DNA of 64,000 bases from positions 2,976,001 to 3,040,000 of the forward strand of contig NC_043017.1 in the NCBI RefSeq assembly GCF_006345805.1, written 5' to 3'. Position numbers and translations under genes: made by a program. Within the stretch, counting starts at the first letter, position 1; every line of letters starts with the position of its first letter. A model generated the notes under the pieces. That model was not told where the DNA came from and ran no database searches. It saw nothing but the letters and a program-made list of their open reading frames with translations. This stretch comes from Octopus sinensis (Eukaryota). Shown piece after piece: positions 1 to 12,350 of the stretch.

Positions 1-264
1 CACGCATAGACGCTTATTCATGCATACATGCATAGATGCTTAAATACATACTGTTGTAGCCACACGCTTACACATGTACATACACAGACGCGTGCACACA
101 CGCGCGCACACACTCATACACAAACACACATACAAACACGCACACGCACATATATGTATGTATGTTTACTGGCATAGTTAAAAGCAAAAATGAACTTATG
201 TAGAACCTTGCTTTAAAAATACACCCTACGTAAATATATATATAATATATATATATATTATATA

Positions 265-325
<61 letters not shown>

Positions 326-850
326 TATGAATATATACGTGTGACAGCGCGTGCGAGCGTGTGTATGTGTATCTACGTGAGTGTGTGTTTATTACATTCA
401 CTTTTTCACTTACATATATGTGTATATATATATATATACATGTACATATGTGTGTGTATATATATATATATATATACATATATATACATATATGTAAGTG
501 TGGCTGTCTCTGTGAGTTAGTGTGTATCTCTATGTTGGTGCCTATGTAATTCTGAGTAAATTCTTAGGTAATTTTCCTTATATCAAATTAATTAGAGAAT
601 ATTTTGGTAATGCGAAAAGATTTGAAGAGAAGTCAATAAAAAATAAAGAAAACATACATTTATATAAATAAGTAAAAATCAAATTGAATTCAACGTAACT
701 AAATTTAATTAAGCGATTCGAAAAAATATATAAAAAATATATTATCCTTTAGTTTCTATTAATTAATGTGTTCTTATAATTCGATTATATGTCATTTACA
801 AAGACGAATAAGAACAATCACTGCTACACAGATAAATATTCCTCACTCAC

Positions 851-1005
851 TACAGAAATAACAAGAACCACGACTGCAACACGAGTCAATAACGGAGACG
901 CTATGTGGTAGGTTGCCATGATTAAACTGGTAGTTCGTTCTCTTCCTTGAAAGCTCTATCTTGAAAATGAAGAAGGCCACATCTGTCGATGTAGTCGTTG
1001 AAAAT
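851..1005 (-). CDS. Candidate 155-nt exon, product unknown
   Basis: Acceptor ttatttcaaatacag, donor GTGAGT at 845-850, one open frame (FSTTTSTDVAFFIFKIELSRKRTNYQFNHGNLPHSVSVIDSCCSRGSCYFC). A diverged paralogous segment lies at about 1740-1845. Confidence 0.25.
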
Positions 1006-1247
1006 CTGTATTTGAAATAATGAAGGTTGGAACTGATCTACGATAGTAACTTACTTAAACGTTTAGCAGTGAAACCAGACACAACTCACCAAAATATTCT
1101 ATATCTTTTATGTTCAACCTGCGAAGGGCCTTTCATACCTACCATACAATGTCATTTTAAAGCTAAACAATGACATCTTCAAAATCTGGAAGCTACAACT
1201 TAATGTATAATTCAGAACAACGTAAATGTTCTGATTACTACATCTGA

Positions 1248-1385
1248 CCAGTGGTTTTCAACCGGGGTCTTTCAATGCCTAGATAAGCTTTTGCTGTTAA
1301 AATTTATGAGCAATAAATTGACTACATTACTACAATACACAAAACACTTTAACATTTTTAATGGGACTCCTAATAATATTTAATT
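1248..1385 (+). mobile_element. Possible hAT/Charlie-type MITE end fragment
   Basis: Begins CAGTGGTTTTCAACCGGGGTC, resembling hAT-Charlie TIRs (CAGTGGTTCTCAA). The second TIR was not found. Confidence 0.4.
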
Positions 1386-1387
1386 GT

Positions 1388-1715
1388 AGAGGCGCAATTA
1401 ATATTTAATGGTTAGGGCAGCGGACTCGCGGTTGGAGGATTGCGGTTTCGATTCCCATACCGGGCGTTGTGTGTTTATTGAGCGAAAACACCTAAAGCTC
1501 CACAAGGCTCCGGCATGGGGTGGTGGCGACCCCTGTCGTACTCTTACTTTCTCTCACTCTTTCTTCCTGTTTCTTGAGTAATGCTACGATGGACTCGCGT
1601 CCCGTCCAGCTGGGGGGAGCACATACGCCATAGCAACCGGGAAACCGGGCCCATGAGCCTGGCTAGGTTTGAGATAGGCGCATAAATAAATAAATAAATA
1701 AATAGATAAATAAAA
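1388..1715 (+). mobile_element. tRNA-derived SINE, family B
   Basis: tRNA-like head (GGTTAGGGCAGCGGACTCGCGG...GGTTTCGATTCC), body GCGTCCCGTCCAG...ACCGGGAAACCGGGCCCATGAG, (TAAA)n tail. Homologous to 32741-33025 and 52695-52997. Confidence 0.8.
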
Positions 1716-2397
1716 TGATATTTAATTAGATGACAATAATAACATGAACTAGAACAACAACACGAGCTAATAACGGAGTCTCTATTTGGTAGATTGTCGA
1801 TGTCAAACTGGTCGCTCGTTCTTTCTCTCTTGAAAACTCTATGTTGTGTTAAAAACGACGAAGACCAAAACTGACAATGTGCACGAAGGTCCATGCAGAA
1901 AGTCTAAACTAGTGTTGACTTTGAGTTGATCACCATCAGCCGCCAAGACACAATGAGATCATACAGGATGTTGGAATTAATTCCGGCCATATCACATACT
2001 TGTGACCAAAAACTTAGCCTGACACATTGTATAGGATAGTCATTAGAACATTATGCTGGAAGGAAATCGGATGTTCACAACCAGAAAACGTGTAATAATT
2101 ATTCTGCTCAAACAGAGACGACATCTTATTAACGAGTATCACCATAACATCGAAAACAACAGGACAAATAATCGCTATAGTAACAACAGTATCTATGATA
2201 TTTCTGTTCACTTTCCAGTCGACCCTGATCAAGCAGGTCTATGCTCTTTATGGTTGTAAGCATAACTATATATATTTCATTAATTTATCATAATTACCGG
2301 GACGTGACGAAATGTCACGTTTAAATATTTATCCCTTATTTCAAAATAGTGTTCAACTAAGTTGTAAAATGGAATAATGATGATGAGATGATAGTGG

Positions 2398-2432
<35 letters not shown>

Positions 2433-2479
2433 TTGATGGTGGTGGTGGTGCTTTTTTGTGGTGGTGGAGTTGGTCACAC

Positions 2480-2738
2480 ATTTTGGCACAAGACCAGTAA
2501 TTTTGGGCGAAGGAAGTGAGTTGCTCTCATCAAAGCCAGTGCTCAACTGGTACGTAAGTTATCGATCACCAAAGGATGGTGGGAGGGGATCAGATGATTA
2601 CATCGACCCCAGTGTTTTACTGGTAGTTAATTTATCGACCCCCGAAAGAATGAATAGCAAAGTCGACCTCGGCGGAATTTGAGCTCAGAACGTAGCAACG
2701 AGAGAAATATCATTAAGCGATTCTGCCAGCTCGTCGCT
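2480..2738 (-). mobile_element. tRNA-derived SINE, family A
   Basis: Reverse complement of the family-A core (GAGCTGGCAGAATCG...GTTCTGAGCTCAAATTCCGCCGAGGTCGACTTTGC...GGGGTCGAT). Confidence 0.8.
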
Positions 2739-2879
2739 TTTCGTTGCCCCAATAATTTATTCTTTTATTTGCCAAAAGGACTTATATAAATGTACATAAA
2801 TTACGTGTGACAACATAAAAGACAAATAGAAAACTATACAAAACGAGTAGTCATATAAAATGATGAGAATTTAATAATA

Positions 2880-3490
2880 AATCTCCCAATAGGAGGAGGC
2901 ACTTTAAATGCCCTCATGGACAAACCATCAAAAGCTACGGGTGCCTGATGAGCAGTGTAAGAGGCTTTCACCTTTAATCTTTCACAGATGTACGCTCAGA
3001 ACTGGTCCTTTCATGCTGGCCAATCTTCCAACATTCACCCACCTGTCAACAAACTTGCTAAAAGACAACACTTCCCTCTCCACCTTCACTTTCCTCTTCA
3101 CGTGAAAATTGGAGTTGATGAGGGCATGGCCAAAGAGGAATGTGTCTGACTTTAGCTCTTTCCGACGAGTCCATCATACTACCTCTTTGGCTACAGCCAC
3201 CCGATAAATAAAAACTGCCTGTCCCTCCCGTCCAAAAGAAGGCGGCGGGACAACCTTCACAATGGATTCAACCCATAGCCGGATCCGTCCTACAAGCGAC
3301 AGCAGGCGTTCGACATGAACACACAGTTCAGCAATTATTGGACACTGGACGAGGGCGTGCGAAACGGTTTCGTCGCTCTGCGCGCACCTAGAACAAGCCC
3401 GACTGACGGCACTTCCGTGACTGTAAAGTTTATCCCGAATGGACAGCGCATCTCGGCAGCCCTGCCACTGAAAGAGTTTTTGAAAGTTAT
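2880..3490 (-). mobile_element. L1/Tx1-clade LINE 3' fragment, decayed
   Basis: Minus strand gives a CCHC knuckle (ACSRCAQSDETVSHALVQCP) followed by VAVAKEVV*WTRRKELK...KRKVKVEREVLSFSKFVDRWVNV, with a stop and frameshifts. Confidence 0.75.
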
Positions 3491-3506
3491 CGATAGACCC
3501 GAGTTA

Positions 3507-3602
3507 TAGTAGAAGGAAATTGCCTCAAAGTTCCATACGCTAGAACTGAACCCAGGAACACAAGTAGTTGGGACGCGATCTTCCTACCACACAGCGACGC
3601 CT
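3507..3602 (-). mobile_element. SINE family C head fragment
   Basis: Diverged match to the heads at 44620-44727 and 18928-19020. Confidence 0.55.
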
Positions 3603-4231
3603 ATTTAGGTAATAAATAAAATGAAATTTATATCCATGCCACGTAAGACCTGGAATATACAAGCAATCTAGCGGTATTTAAAACATTGAATTTGCGTCAA
3701 TGATAAAATAAATCCACGGATTTTTATACAGTAGCCATAATCTGAGAGCGGATATTGGTAAAATCCCTGAGCAGAAAGAAATAGAAAGAATTACCTGAAC
3801 TGGCATACGTATATGCATTTAAACATACATACGTAAATACATAGATAATAGATACGTACGTACATACATACGTGCATATTTGCATACATACAAGAGTAAA
3901 TACGTACATATATTGGTCGATAAATATATATGAAATACATATGTGTATGGATTATTAAAATATCTGTGTTTCTATTTAGTTTAGTATATTTATACGCATA
4001 TATTATATATATATATATATAATAATATATATATATATACCGGTGTATACCTTGTCGTAAATAAATGTACAGAAAAATATAATAAATATATACATATATG
4101 TGGTTACGTTTTGGCGTTTTGCTGAGATTTTTTTCTTGAGAACGCATTCTTCGTGGTAATGGCGATTTGACATCTATGTTCAGCATATAGGGTGTCCTCT
4201 TTAGTGTAGTGGTTATTCTTCTAAAATATAT

Positions 4232-4530
4232 TATATAACTTAGATAAAACTTAGATATGTTTCGACCGAAGATTGGTTCGGGCTTTGTTTAACTTAATAG
4301 CACCACCTGATAGGATTATCAAAATCCATTCTTAAATCATGTTTTGTGGTATTATGGTCCATTCAAGTAGTTGAATGAGTTGTATCCAGGTATGGGTGGC
4401 TTATCTGGCATTCCTTGAAGAAATTTGTTCAGACTCCGTTTAAAGGTGATGGGATCCTTTTCCTGTTTGATCAGTTTTGGGACAATGTTAAACAGAGCAG
4501 GGCCTGTTGAAGAAATTGTGTTGCAATATA
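4232..4530 (-). mobile_element. CR1-like LINE 3' end, 5'-truncated
   Basis: CNTISSTGPALFNIVPKLIKQEKDPITFKRSLNKFLQGMPDKP, the ORF2 C-terminus homologous to 36130-36270. 3' tail CTTCGG..GAAACA followed by TATCTAAG repeats. Confidence 0.75.
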
Positions 4531-4547
4531 TGTGTGTGTGTGTATGC

Positions 4548-4596
<49 letters not shown>

Positions 4597-4758
4597 ATTT
4601 TTGTAGCTTTATTAAAGATGTCCTCGTACGAAACAATTGTACCGATATATTGATCCATTCTTGTTGCTTTTTTCCTATTTGTAATCACCCCACTTGTCGT
4701 ATGGTTAACACCATATAGATTTCCGGTGCATCCTAGTTAAGGACCATATTCATGTGAA

Positions 4759-4811
<53 letters not shown>

Positions 4812-4813
<2 letters not shown>

Positions 4814-5178
4814 TTTTATTCGTTTCAGTCATTTGACTGCGGTCATGCTGGAGCACCGTCTTTAGTCGAGCAAATCGACACAGAAGTTAATCTTTGCAAA
4901 CCTAGTTCTTATTTTATCGGACTCTTTTGCAGGGGCGTAAACTCACCAGTATCAAGTGATGATGGTGAGCACAAACTCAGATGCACAAACTTATAAACAC
5001 ACACACACACACATACACATATATATACAAAAAGGGCTCCTTTCAGTCTCCTTCTACCAAATACCAGTCACAAAGCTTTGGTCGGTACGAGGTTACAACA
5101 GAAGACACTTGCTCAGGGACTGAAACCGGAACTATGTGGTTGGTAAGCAAGCTACTTACTACTCAGCCACTCCTGCCC
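4812..5178 (-). mobile_element. SINE family C, near full length, internal (TA)/(TG) tract
   Basis: tRNA-like head, internal microsatellite, 3' end GGTGCTCCAGCATGACCGCAGTCAAATGACTGAAAC. Confidence 0.85.
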
Positions 5179-5369
5179 CTGTAAAATACATATATGCAAT
5201 TAGGGTACTGAGAATCACCAGCTGTACTAAAAATAGGAGTCATAAAATACTCGGAAGCCGCACTAATCATCGCTAATGTGTCTTCGGTGGTGCTTTTTTT
5301 TTTACAATTCCTAATTTCAACAAAGCGGGTGCTTCTTAGTACCTTCAATATACATATTTGTATATGTAT

Positions 5370-5374
5370 GTATA

Positions 5375-5405
<31 letters not shown>

Positions 5406-5528
5406 ATATAAACATATATACATATATATATATATATAAATATGTAAACATACGTACGTACATACATACATACATACATACATGCATGCATACATACAGA
5501 CAGATAGACAGACAGACAGACGACAGAC

Positions 5529-5561
<33 letters not shown>

Positions 5562-5598
5562 TAGATAGATATAGATAGATAGATAGATAGATAGACAT

Positions 5599-5659
<61 letters not shown>

Positions 5660-5675
5660 CAGATAGATACACACA
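5370..5675. repeat. Compound microsatellite (TA)n-(TACA)n-(AGAC)n-(AGAT)n
   Basis: Directly visible. Source of the YLSI-repeat ORFs. Confidence 0.95.
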
Positions 5676-6365
5676 TATCGACGATGAATGTGGCTTTTTC
5701 CTTTCTGAATGATGCAAACGAGGCAAAGAATACTTGATACCATCATATAGCTAAAATTAAGCTTCATCTGGTATCCTCCAAGCTTTTCTTGCCTCATCTA
5801 ACCTCATGAAACGATTTAACAAACTGCTGTTATGATATACTTCTGGCCTTTTCCATCGACGTGCACAGAATAACATTAGATATAGGATTAATACGGAATT
5901 TCATTTGATATATTTCTCCGATGAAATATTATCCATAAATATACACTTAAATCCATATAGATAAATAGATATGTAAATACTTATGTATGTAAACAGCATC
6001 AATTCACCAATATACACAAAAACACATATACACACACATATTTATATATATGTATGTATGCATCTATATGGTACAAATACGCACTTAAAACACACGTGCA
6101 TTTATATGGTGTATATGTATGCACATGCGTGTTTATGTTTCGTTTTCTGCATTTCGAAATAATAAATATATTTTGAAATAAATCCTTGCATTTTGCGATA
6201 GATTTCGTATGTATATTTACACAAACACACCTACGCACGCATTTATGGAAAAACACGTGCACACACGAACTTGATGCAGTCACAAGTGCATACGTACAGG
6301 AAACACATGCTTGTCACGTAGACATTCAGCATATTTATACAGTGTATATGTGTATACAAAATACA

Positions 6366-6399
<34 letters not shown>

Positions 6400-6676
6400 C
6401 ACACACACACACACACACCACATTCACGCACACATACATTCGTAGTTGATGCACTGATACATACATAGTCACACACATGTAGAAATATTTGCATATTTAA
6501 GTATTCTTAATCGGTATGACATCCAAGAAACTCTCGTTACTTTCTCCCAATAAATTCTGCTGATTAAGGATATATTGTATAAAATATATACTCGTGCAGT
6601 CTCTGTTATTCATCTTTGACAAACGTACTTACAGATGTGTATGCATATATATTATATATATGTGTGGGTGGGTGTG

Positions 6677-6729
<53 letters not shown>

Positions 6730-6790
6730 ATATATATATATATATATGATAAATCTCAGAGCGAGTTATAAACAGTAGCGGTAACACATC

Positions 6791-6956
6791 GTGATGCATA
6801 TTTGCCATTTGAATATGGCTAACCCATAAGGTGGATGCTACTGTAGTTTGTAGCCCCAGGAAGATATCTCCTGGGGAGATATCTTCCTGGGGCTACAAAC
6901 TACAGTAGCATCCACCCTTATGTGTTAGCCATATTCAAATGGCAAATATGCATCAC
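6791..6956. repeat. Near-perfect palindrome, 81/82-bp arms, 3-nt loop
   Basis: 6791-6871 is the reverse complement of 6875-6956 with one substitution and one 1-nt indel. Confidence 0.95.
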
Positions 6957-6961
6957 TATAT

Positions 6962-7020
<59 letters not shown>

Positions 7021-7024
7021 CATA

Positions 7025-7095
<71 letters not shown>

Positions 7096-7099
<4 letters not shown>

Positions 7100-7392
7100 G
7101 TTCTATATTTAAGATATGAGGAATTATATACATTATTTATATCATTTACATTGATGGATGTTTGTCCTGATCATTAAGGAATGAACGTTCGCTATCAAAA
7201 GACTACCGTATGACAATTTCATCATAATACTTCCAGCGAACAAGGGAAATGCTACAGTGGTGACGAACAAGTCATTATTAAACCACCCCACAAGACACCT
7301 GATGAAGGCCGGAGGGTATATCAACCGAAACTCTGTGTCAACAAGAAACTAGATGAGGACAATATCCGTCAAATGTAAATAATGTAAATTAT
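7096..7392 (+). mobile_element. Penelope-like element fragment with inverted terminal piece and degenerate hammerhead motif
   Basis: AIKRLPYDNFIIILPANKGNATVVTNK (about 7190-7270) matches the PLE RT N-terminal motif. CTGATGA...GAAAC at 7299-7331. 7096-7172 is an inverted copy of the same tail family. Confidence 0.65.
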
Positions 7393-7437
7393 ACACGCAC
7401 ATATATATATATAATATATATAATATATATATATATA

Positions 7438-7542
<105 letters not shown>

Positions 7543-7807
7543 ATATGCATATATATATATATATATATATATGTAATATGAATGTATGTATGTATGTAAG
7601 TATGTATGTATGTGTATATAGAGGCACACACGCTCCCACACACTCATACACACACATGTATTTGATTGATTAGAGACAGAATATGGAAGGTACCAGAATA
7701 CCCAACGAACACTGAGCCACTAGACATGCTTTACCGGTAAACAACTAGGTTTATAAAACACGATGTATTAAACAGTAATAAGAAAACTAATAACAACAAT
7801 GATAATA

Positions 7808-7950
7808 CATTGACTCCACTGGTACTTAATTTATTGACTCCCGAAAGGTTGAAAGGCAAAATTGACTTCGGTGGAATTTGAATTTAAAGACGGACGATAT
7901 ACAACTAAACATATTGTCCGGCGTACTAACGATTCAACCAGCTCACCACC
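7808..7950 (-). mobile_element. SINE family A, diverged
   Basis: GAAAGGTTGAAAGGCAAAATTGAC...CTAACGATTCAACCAGCTCACC. Confidence 0.7.
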
Positions 7951-7964
7951 TTCATAAAAATAAT

Positions 7965-8052
7965 ACTCATAATGATGATGATGATGATGATGATAATGAT
8001 GATGATGATAAGAATGATAATGATAATAATAATAATAATGATAATATTAATG

Positions 8053-8121
<69 letters not shown>

Positions 8122-8135
8122 GTGATAATAATAAT

Positions 8136-8167
<32 letters not shown>

Positions 8168-8200
8168 CATCATCATCATCATCATCATTATCATTATTAT
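7965..8200. repeat. Compound trinucleotide repeat (GAT)n(AAT)n-(ATT)n(ATC)n
   Basis: Directly visible. Confidence 0.95.
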
Positions 8201-8305
8201 TCAGGCTGCTAATTCGTAGATTTGTTACAACAGTTTCCAGTGCATAACATTTACAGCCTGGTCGCGCCTACATTTCTTCTATTCTGTTATTATTATTACC
8301 ATTAA

Positions 8306-8522
8306 GCCGGCTAGCTGGCTGGAGCGTTAGCACGCCGGGCGAAATGCTTGCGTTCTGAGTTCAAATTCAGCCGAGGTCGACTTTGCCTTTCATCCTTTCG
8401 GGGTCGATAAATTAAGTGCCAGTTACACACTGGGGTCGATATAATCGACTTAATCCCTTTGTCTGTCCTTGTTTGTCCCCTCTGTGTTTAGCCCTTTGTG
8501 GGTAGTAAAGAAATATATATTC

Positions 8523-8572
<50 letters not shown>

Positions 8573-8760
8573 TATTATTATTATTATTATTAGCGGTATT
8601 TCGTCAGTCGAAAGATTGTGAGTTCAAATTCCGCCGAGGTCGAATTTGCCCTTAGTCCTTTCCGGGTCGATAAATTAACTACCAGTTGAGTATTGAGGTC
8701 GTGTAATTGACTTACGCCTTCCCCTAAAATTTCAGGCCTTCTACCGATAACAAAGGAAAA
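8306..8760 (+). mobile_element. SINE family A: headed unit (8306-8515), (ATT)n spacer, headless second unit (8590-8760)
   Basis: A-box-like TGGCTGGAGCG, B-box GAGTTCAAATT, core GTCGACTTTGCCTTTCATCCTTTCGGGGTCGATAAATTAAG. Confidence 0.85.
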
Positions 8761-9124
8761 TTATTATCATTTTTATTTCCTTTTTACTGAAGAATCGCTT
8801 TTTCATAATTACTTCTTGTGACATACGAAGCCGATTGTATTCAAATTGCATTTATTTCAGCTGTATAAATTTTGAATTGAATTCCCCCACAGGTCAAATT
8901 TGCCCTTCACTCTTCTGCGGGTCAATGAATTACATGACAATAAAATATTGGGTCAATCGAATAAGTTATAAAATTTTCCCGATATGCATATACACAGTTG
9001 TAGCTCTGCTAGAAATCCCTATTTTCATTTGGTGCCTAATTATAAACACCACTTTTCAATGTGAATGGTTTTAATAGAAATGATTATTGGAAAATTGCTA
9101 TTATTTTTAGAAAAAAAAATAACA

Positions 9125-9155
<31 letters not shown>

Positions 9156-10625
9156 GCGGGATGTTTTAGGCTGTGAAAAAAATTTACATATAGACGAGGT
9201 CTGTTTTATCATGCTGGTTGTCTTCAATTACAAAACACTTTGCCTTGCAATTGATAAAAGCTCCCATTATACAGTTAAAGAATATCTTTTGAATTAATTC
9301 TATTAAACCGAAGCTAAAACTTCTACTTTGCTTTCGCTTTTCAGTATCTAACTCGTTGCTGTTTTATAATCAGAACTTTTATTGGATCCCAGCTGATTAA
9401 AGTCTTGTGTTGTTTTTGTGACTTTTTTAAGAAAATTTTTTTAGTTATTTTAAAATTTTATTTATTTATTTGATTTGTTGTTGTTGTTGTTTTTTTGTAT
9501 AATTCAGTAGATCAATTATGGTGTTTTTATTGAAAAACATTCTCAGTGCTTGATAATGATTCCACAGATAAGAACCGTTCAGGGAAATCGATTTAATAAT
9601 GTAAATAGCATTTTCAAATATTTGCTAAACTATTTCTCATTCCTCGCCCACCCCTACAACCAGACACTCACAATAAAACCATTTGGTAAATGCTTCCATT
9701 TTTAAATAAAATTGCTGATCATTGTATAAGAGGGAGAAGGGAGAGGGCGGCGGGGGAGGGGAGGATCGCACAATATACAGATAATGAATTCTGTCGTAAA
9801 TAAATATTTGATTCAATAGAGGCATGTCATTTTAGGAAATGTATTGATAGATTTCTATATAGCAATGAATAAATTCACAGATTTCGAAGCAAACCATTTT
9901 TCGAAATGCTTTTGTTATTTAGTGGCAGGTATATTTGTTAGATTTAAAATAGAAATTTCCTCTATGCATCACACACAGAGAAATAAATTTTATTTCTAAA
10001 CCGTTCAATTCTTCCGCCGTTTTACAGCGTGTTATATTAAAATTGATTTTTAACTTCGGCACAAGGCCCTAATTTGGGAGTGTAACTAGAAGTGTGTGGT
10101 GGGGGAAAACAGAAGGATTGTCAGTTTAATCGACGTCACTATAATACTGCCAACTTATTTTCTCATATCAGGAACAATTGAAGTCAGGAAAGGGAACTCT
10201 TCGCTGTCGATTGACTCCTATAAATACAAACTAATTCTTCTGTACATGAGATCCTCTTGTTTGCAAAAAGTAAATAAATCTAAAAAGAAGGAATTGAAGA
10301 TGCTGTGCCCAGCAAACATTGTCTTGTAAAACGGTAGCACCATCAGTTGTAGGAAGTTATTGATTTTAAATGAGCTCAATAAAAAATAAACATCCCGGAG
10401 ACATTAAAAGCAAACTCTGCTCCCGTAGGATATGAACTCGGAACTTACAAAGAAAGGATATTCTATAAAATGTCTTCTCACAACTCCAATTACCTGGGTC
10501 ACTTGACCCCTTATTTTTTGTTATCTTGATAAGAGTATCTAAGAGAAACTCACGTCCACGCCTTTCAGTACTAGGAGCAATCAATCGTAACGACACCAAT
10601 GCCGCTAAATAATGGTTACATGTTT

Positions 10626-10839
10626 AGGCGGTGAGCTGGCAGAATCGTTAGCACGCCGGGCGAAATGCTTAGTCGTAATTCGTCTGTCTTTACGTTCTGA
10701 GTTCGAATTCCGCCGAGGTCGACTTTGCCTTTCATCCTTTCAGAGTCGATAAATTAAGCACCAGTTGCGTACTGGGGTCGATCCAGTCAACTGGCCCCTC
10801 CCCGCATAATTTAGGCCTTGTGCCTAGAGTAGAAACGAA
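10626..10839 (+). mobile_element. SINE family A, full length (GTGCCTAGAGTAGAAA tail variant)
   Basis: GGCGGTGAGCTGGCAGAATCGTTAGC...GAGTTCGAATTCCGCCG... Confidence 0.9.
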
Positions 10840-11129
10840 TGGTTACCTGTTTTTAATTCTTAGAACACATTCTTCGGATCTTTACCTTTTGACCGACAGA
10901 TGTAAAAAATATTTTTTTGTAACTAAACACATTCAATCTTCGTTTACGTGTAGAATTTGTCACATAAAACATCTTTTACTCTTGGCATTGTTGACAAAAT
11001 TCTGTATTTCGGAAGTTACTTTTTTGTTAAAGTTGTCGTATTTCGGTAATTTCAACCAATCAATGACGTGTATTCAGCACTTCAAACGAGGTAACTCTGA
11101 AGTGTTTTATTTCTAAAGTTAAATTCCTC

Positions 11130-12350
11130 TGAGATGTAAATCAGTTTGCTCTTTTCTTTTTTAGAGACATCAAATACTTCTAGTTTTCAATGTAAATCTC
11201 TTACGTAGCCAAACTCATGTATAAGGATATGACCAAATGGAAATCTATGATGGTAGATCTATAATTCCTTTCCCCAAATTTTTCAAGAGATATTATAATC
11301 CGCTTGGCAGCTGATCCCTACGAATTTCCACAACCCTTCTTCCCTGTCCCATATGACTATCGTTGTTTCTTGCTCTCTTTATTGGAATGTCTCACCAGCA
11401 TATTTAGTTTTAAACGGGTTGATATTCTGTGGTTCTGGCATGCCTTTAGTATCACCACAAGGATAACCTTACCTCCATATAGCATCGTCGGTAACCTTTA
11501 GCAACACTGTTGTGTCTAATGAGGAAGAGAGTATCTGAAGAAAATCTATGCTCAGCCACTTAATGTATTATGGAAAGCTTCCACGCTGGTATGGCACAAT
11601 CGACACTTTCTATCATTTAGCAGCAACCTTAACTCCTTTGCTGATTGGGGATTTAAAACCTATCTCCTGTTCTTTGATAGCTCAACGCACCGCCAAAGGT
11701 TTACGGAAGGCTACTATTCCTGTTGGTGCTACGATATTCTCTAGATTGCATAGAATATAACACCTATGTTTAACTTTCTGATTGAGTGATGTGTATTTCT
11801 CTTTGTTCGAATGGTATTGTACTGTGACCTCTACATTTTGTGGTGGTGCTCTACAACAATCAGCAGAGGCCCCAGTACAATCTATCCATACTTTGTTCGC
11901 TTAGAGATGCTGCAAACTCTGAGTACATCTCGTGGAGTTCACCTAATCTCATGATGTTATAACGTTCAGTGTTGTGTATAAACGCCAAGTATTTATTTCT
12001 CTCCTTGCTGTTTAGTAGGTGTTGTTTACGTGAGACACTGCAGGACTACAAGGCGAACTGGACTCATCTTATGCCTCTACCTCTAATCCTCAGTTTCGCA
12101 TAGATTCTATCAGTGTCACATATGATGAAGAGGTCATCAGTCGTTGTTTGTACGTTCCTACATCTTAATGTCCAAACTTCCATATTTCTTCCAGTGTCCT
12201 GTCTGACACTCAACAGCTTACCTACGAAAAAGAAGACATCTATGTATTTATGTTGCACCTGCAATAGGTGTCACAAGCACAGTTCCTGTTCTAGCTTATC
12301 ACCAACAGAACAGGCGTTTAGCCATACAAAAGTGAGTAGAAACACATTTG
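11130..12350 (-). mobile_element. R4/Dong-like (RLE-type) non-LTR retrotransposon remnant
   Basis: Ordered minus-strand motifs DRIYAKLRIRGRGI, AIKEQEI, KCRLC...H..SG, IRHNSVAK, with many stops and frameshifts. Confidence 0.7.

Noticed and set aside
10150-10260. Strong-looking acceptor ttattttctcatatcag
   Set aside because: It lies inside a decayed minus-strand SINE-A remnant.
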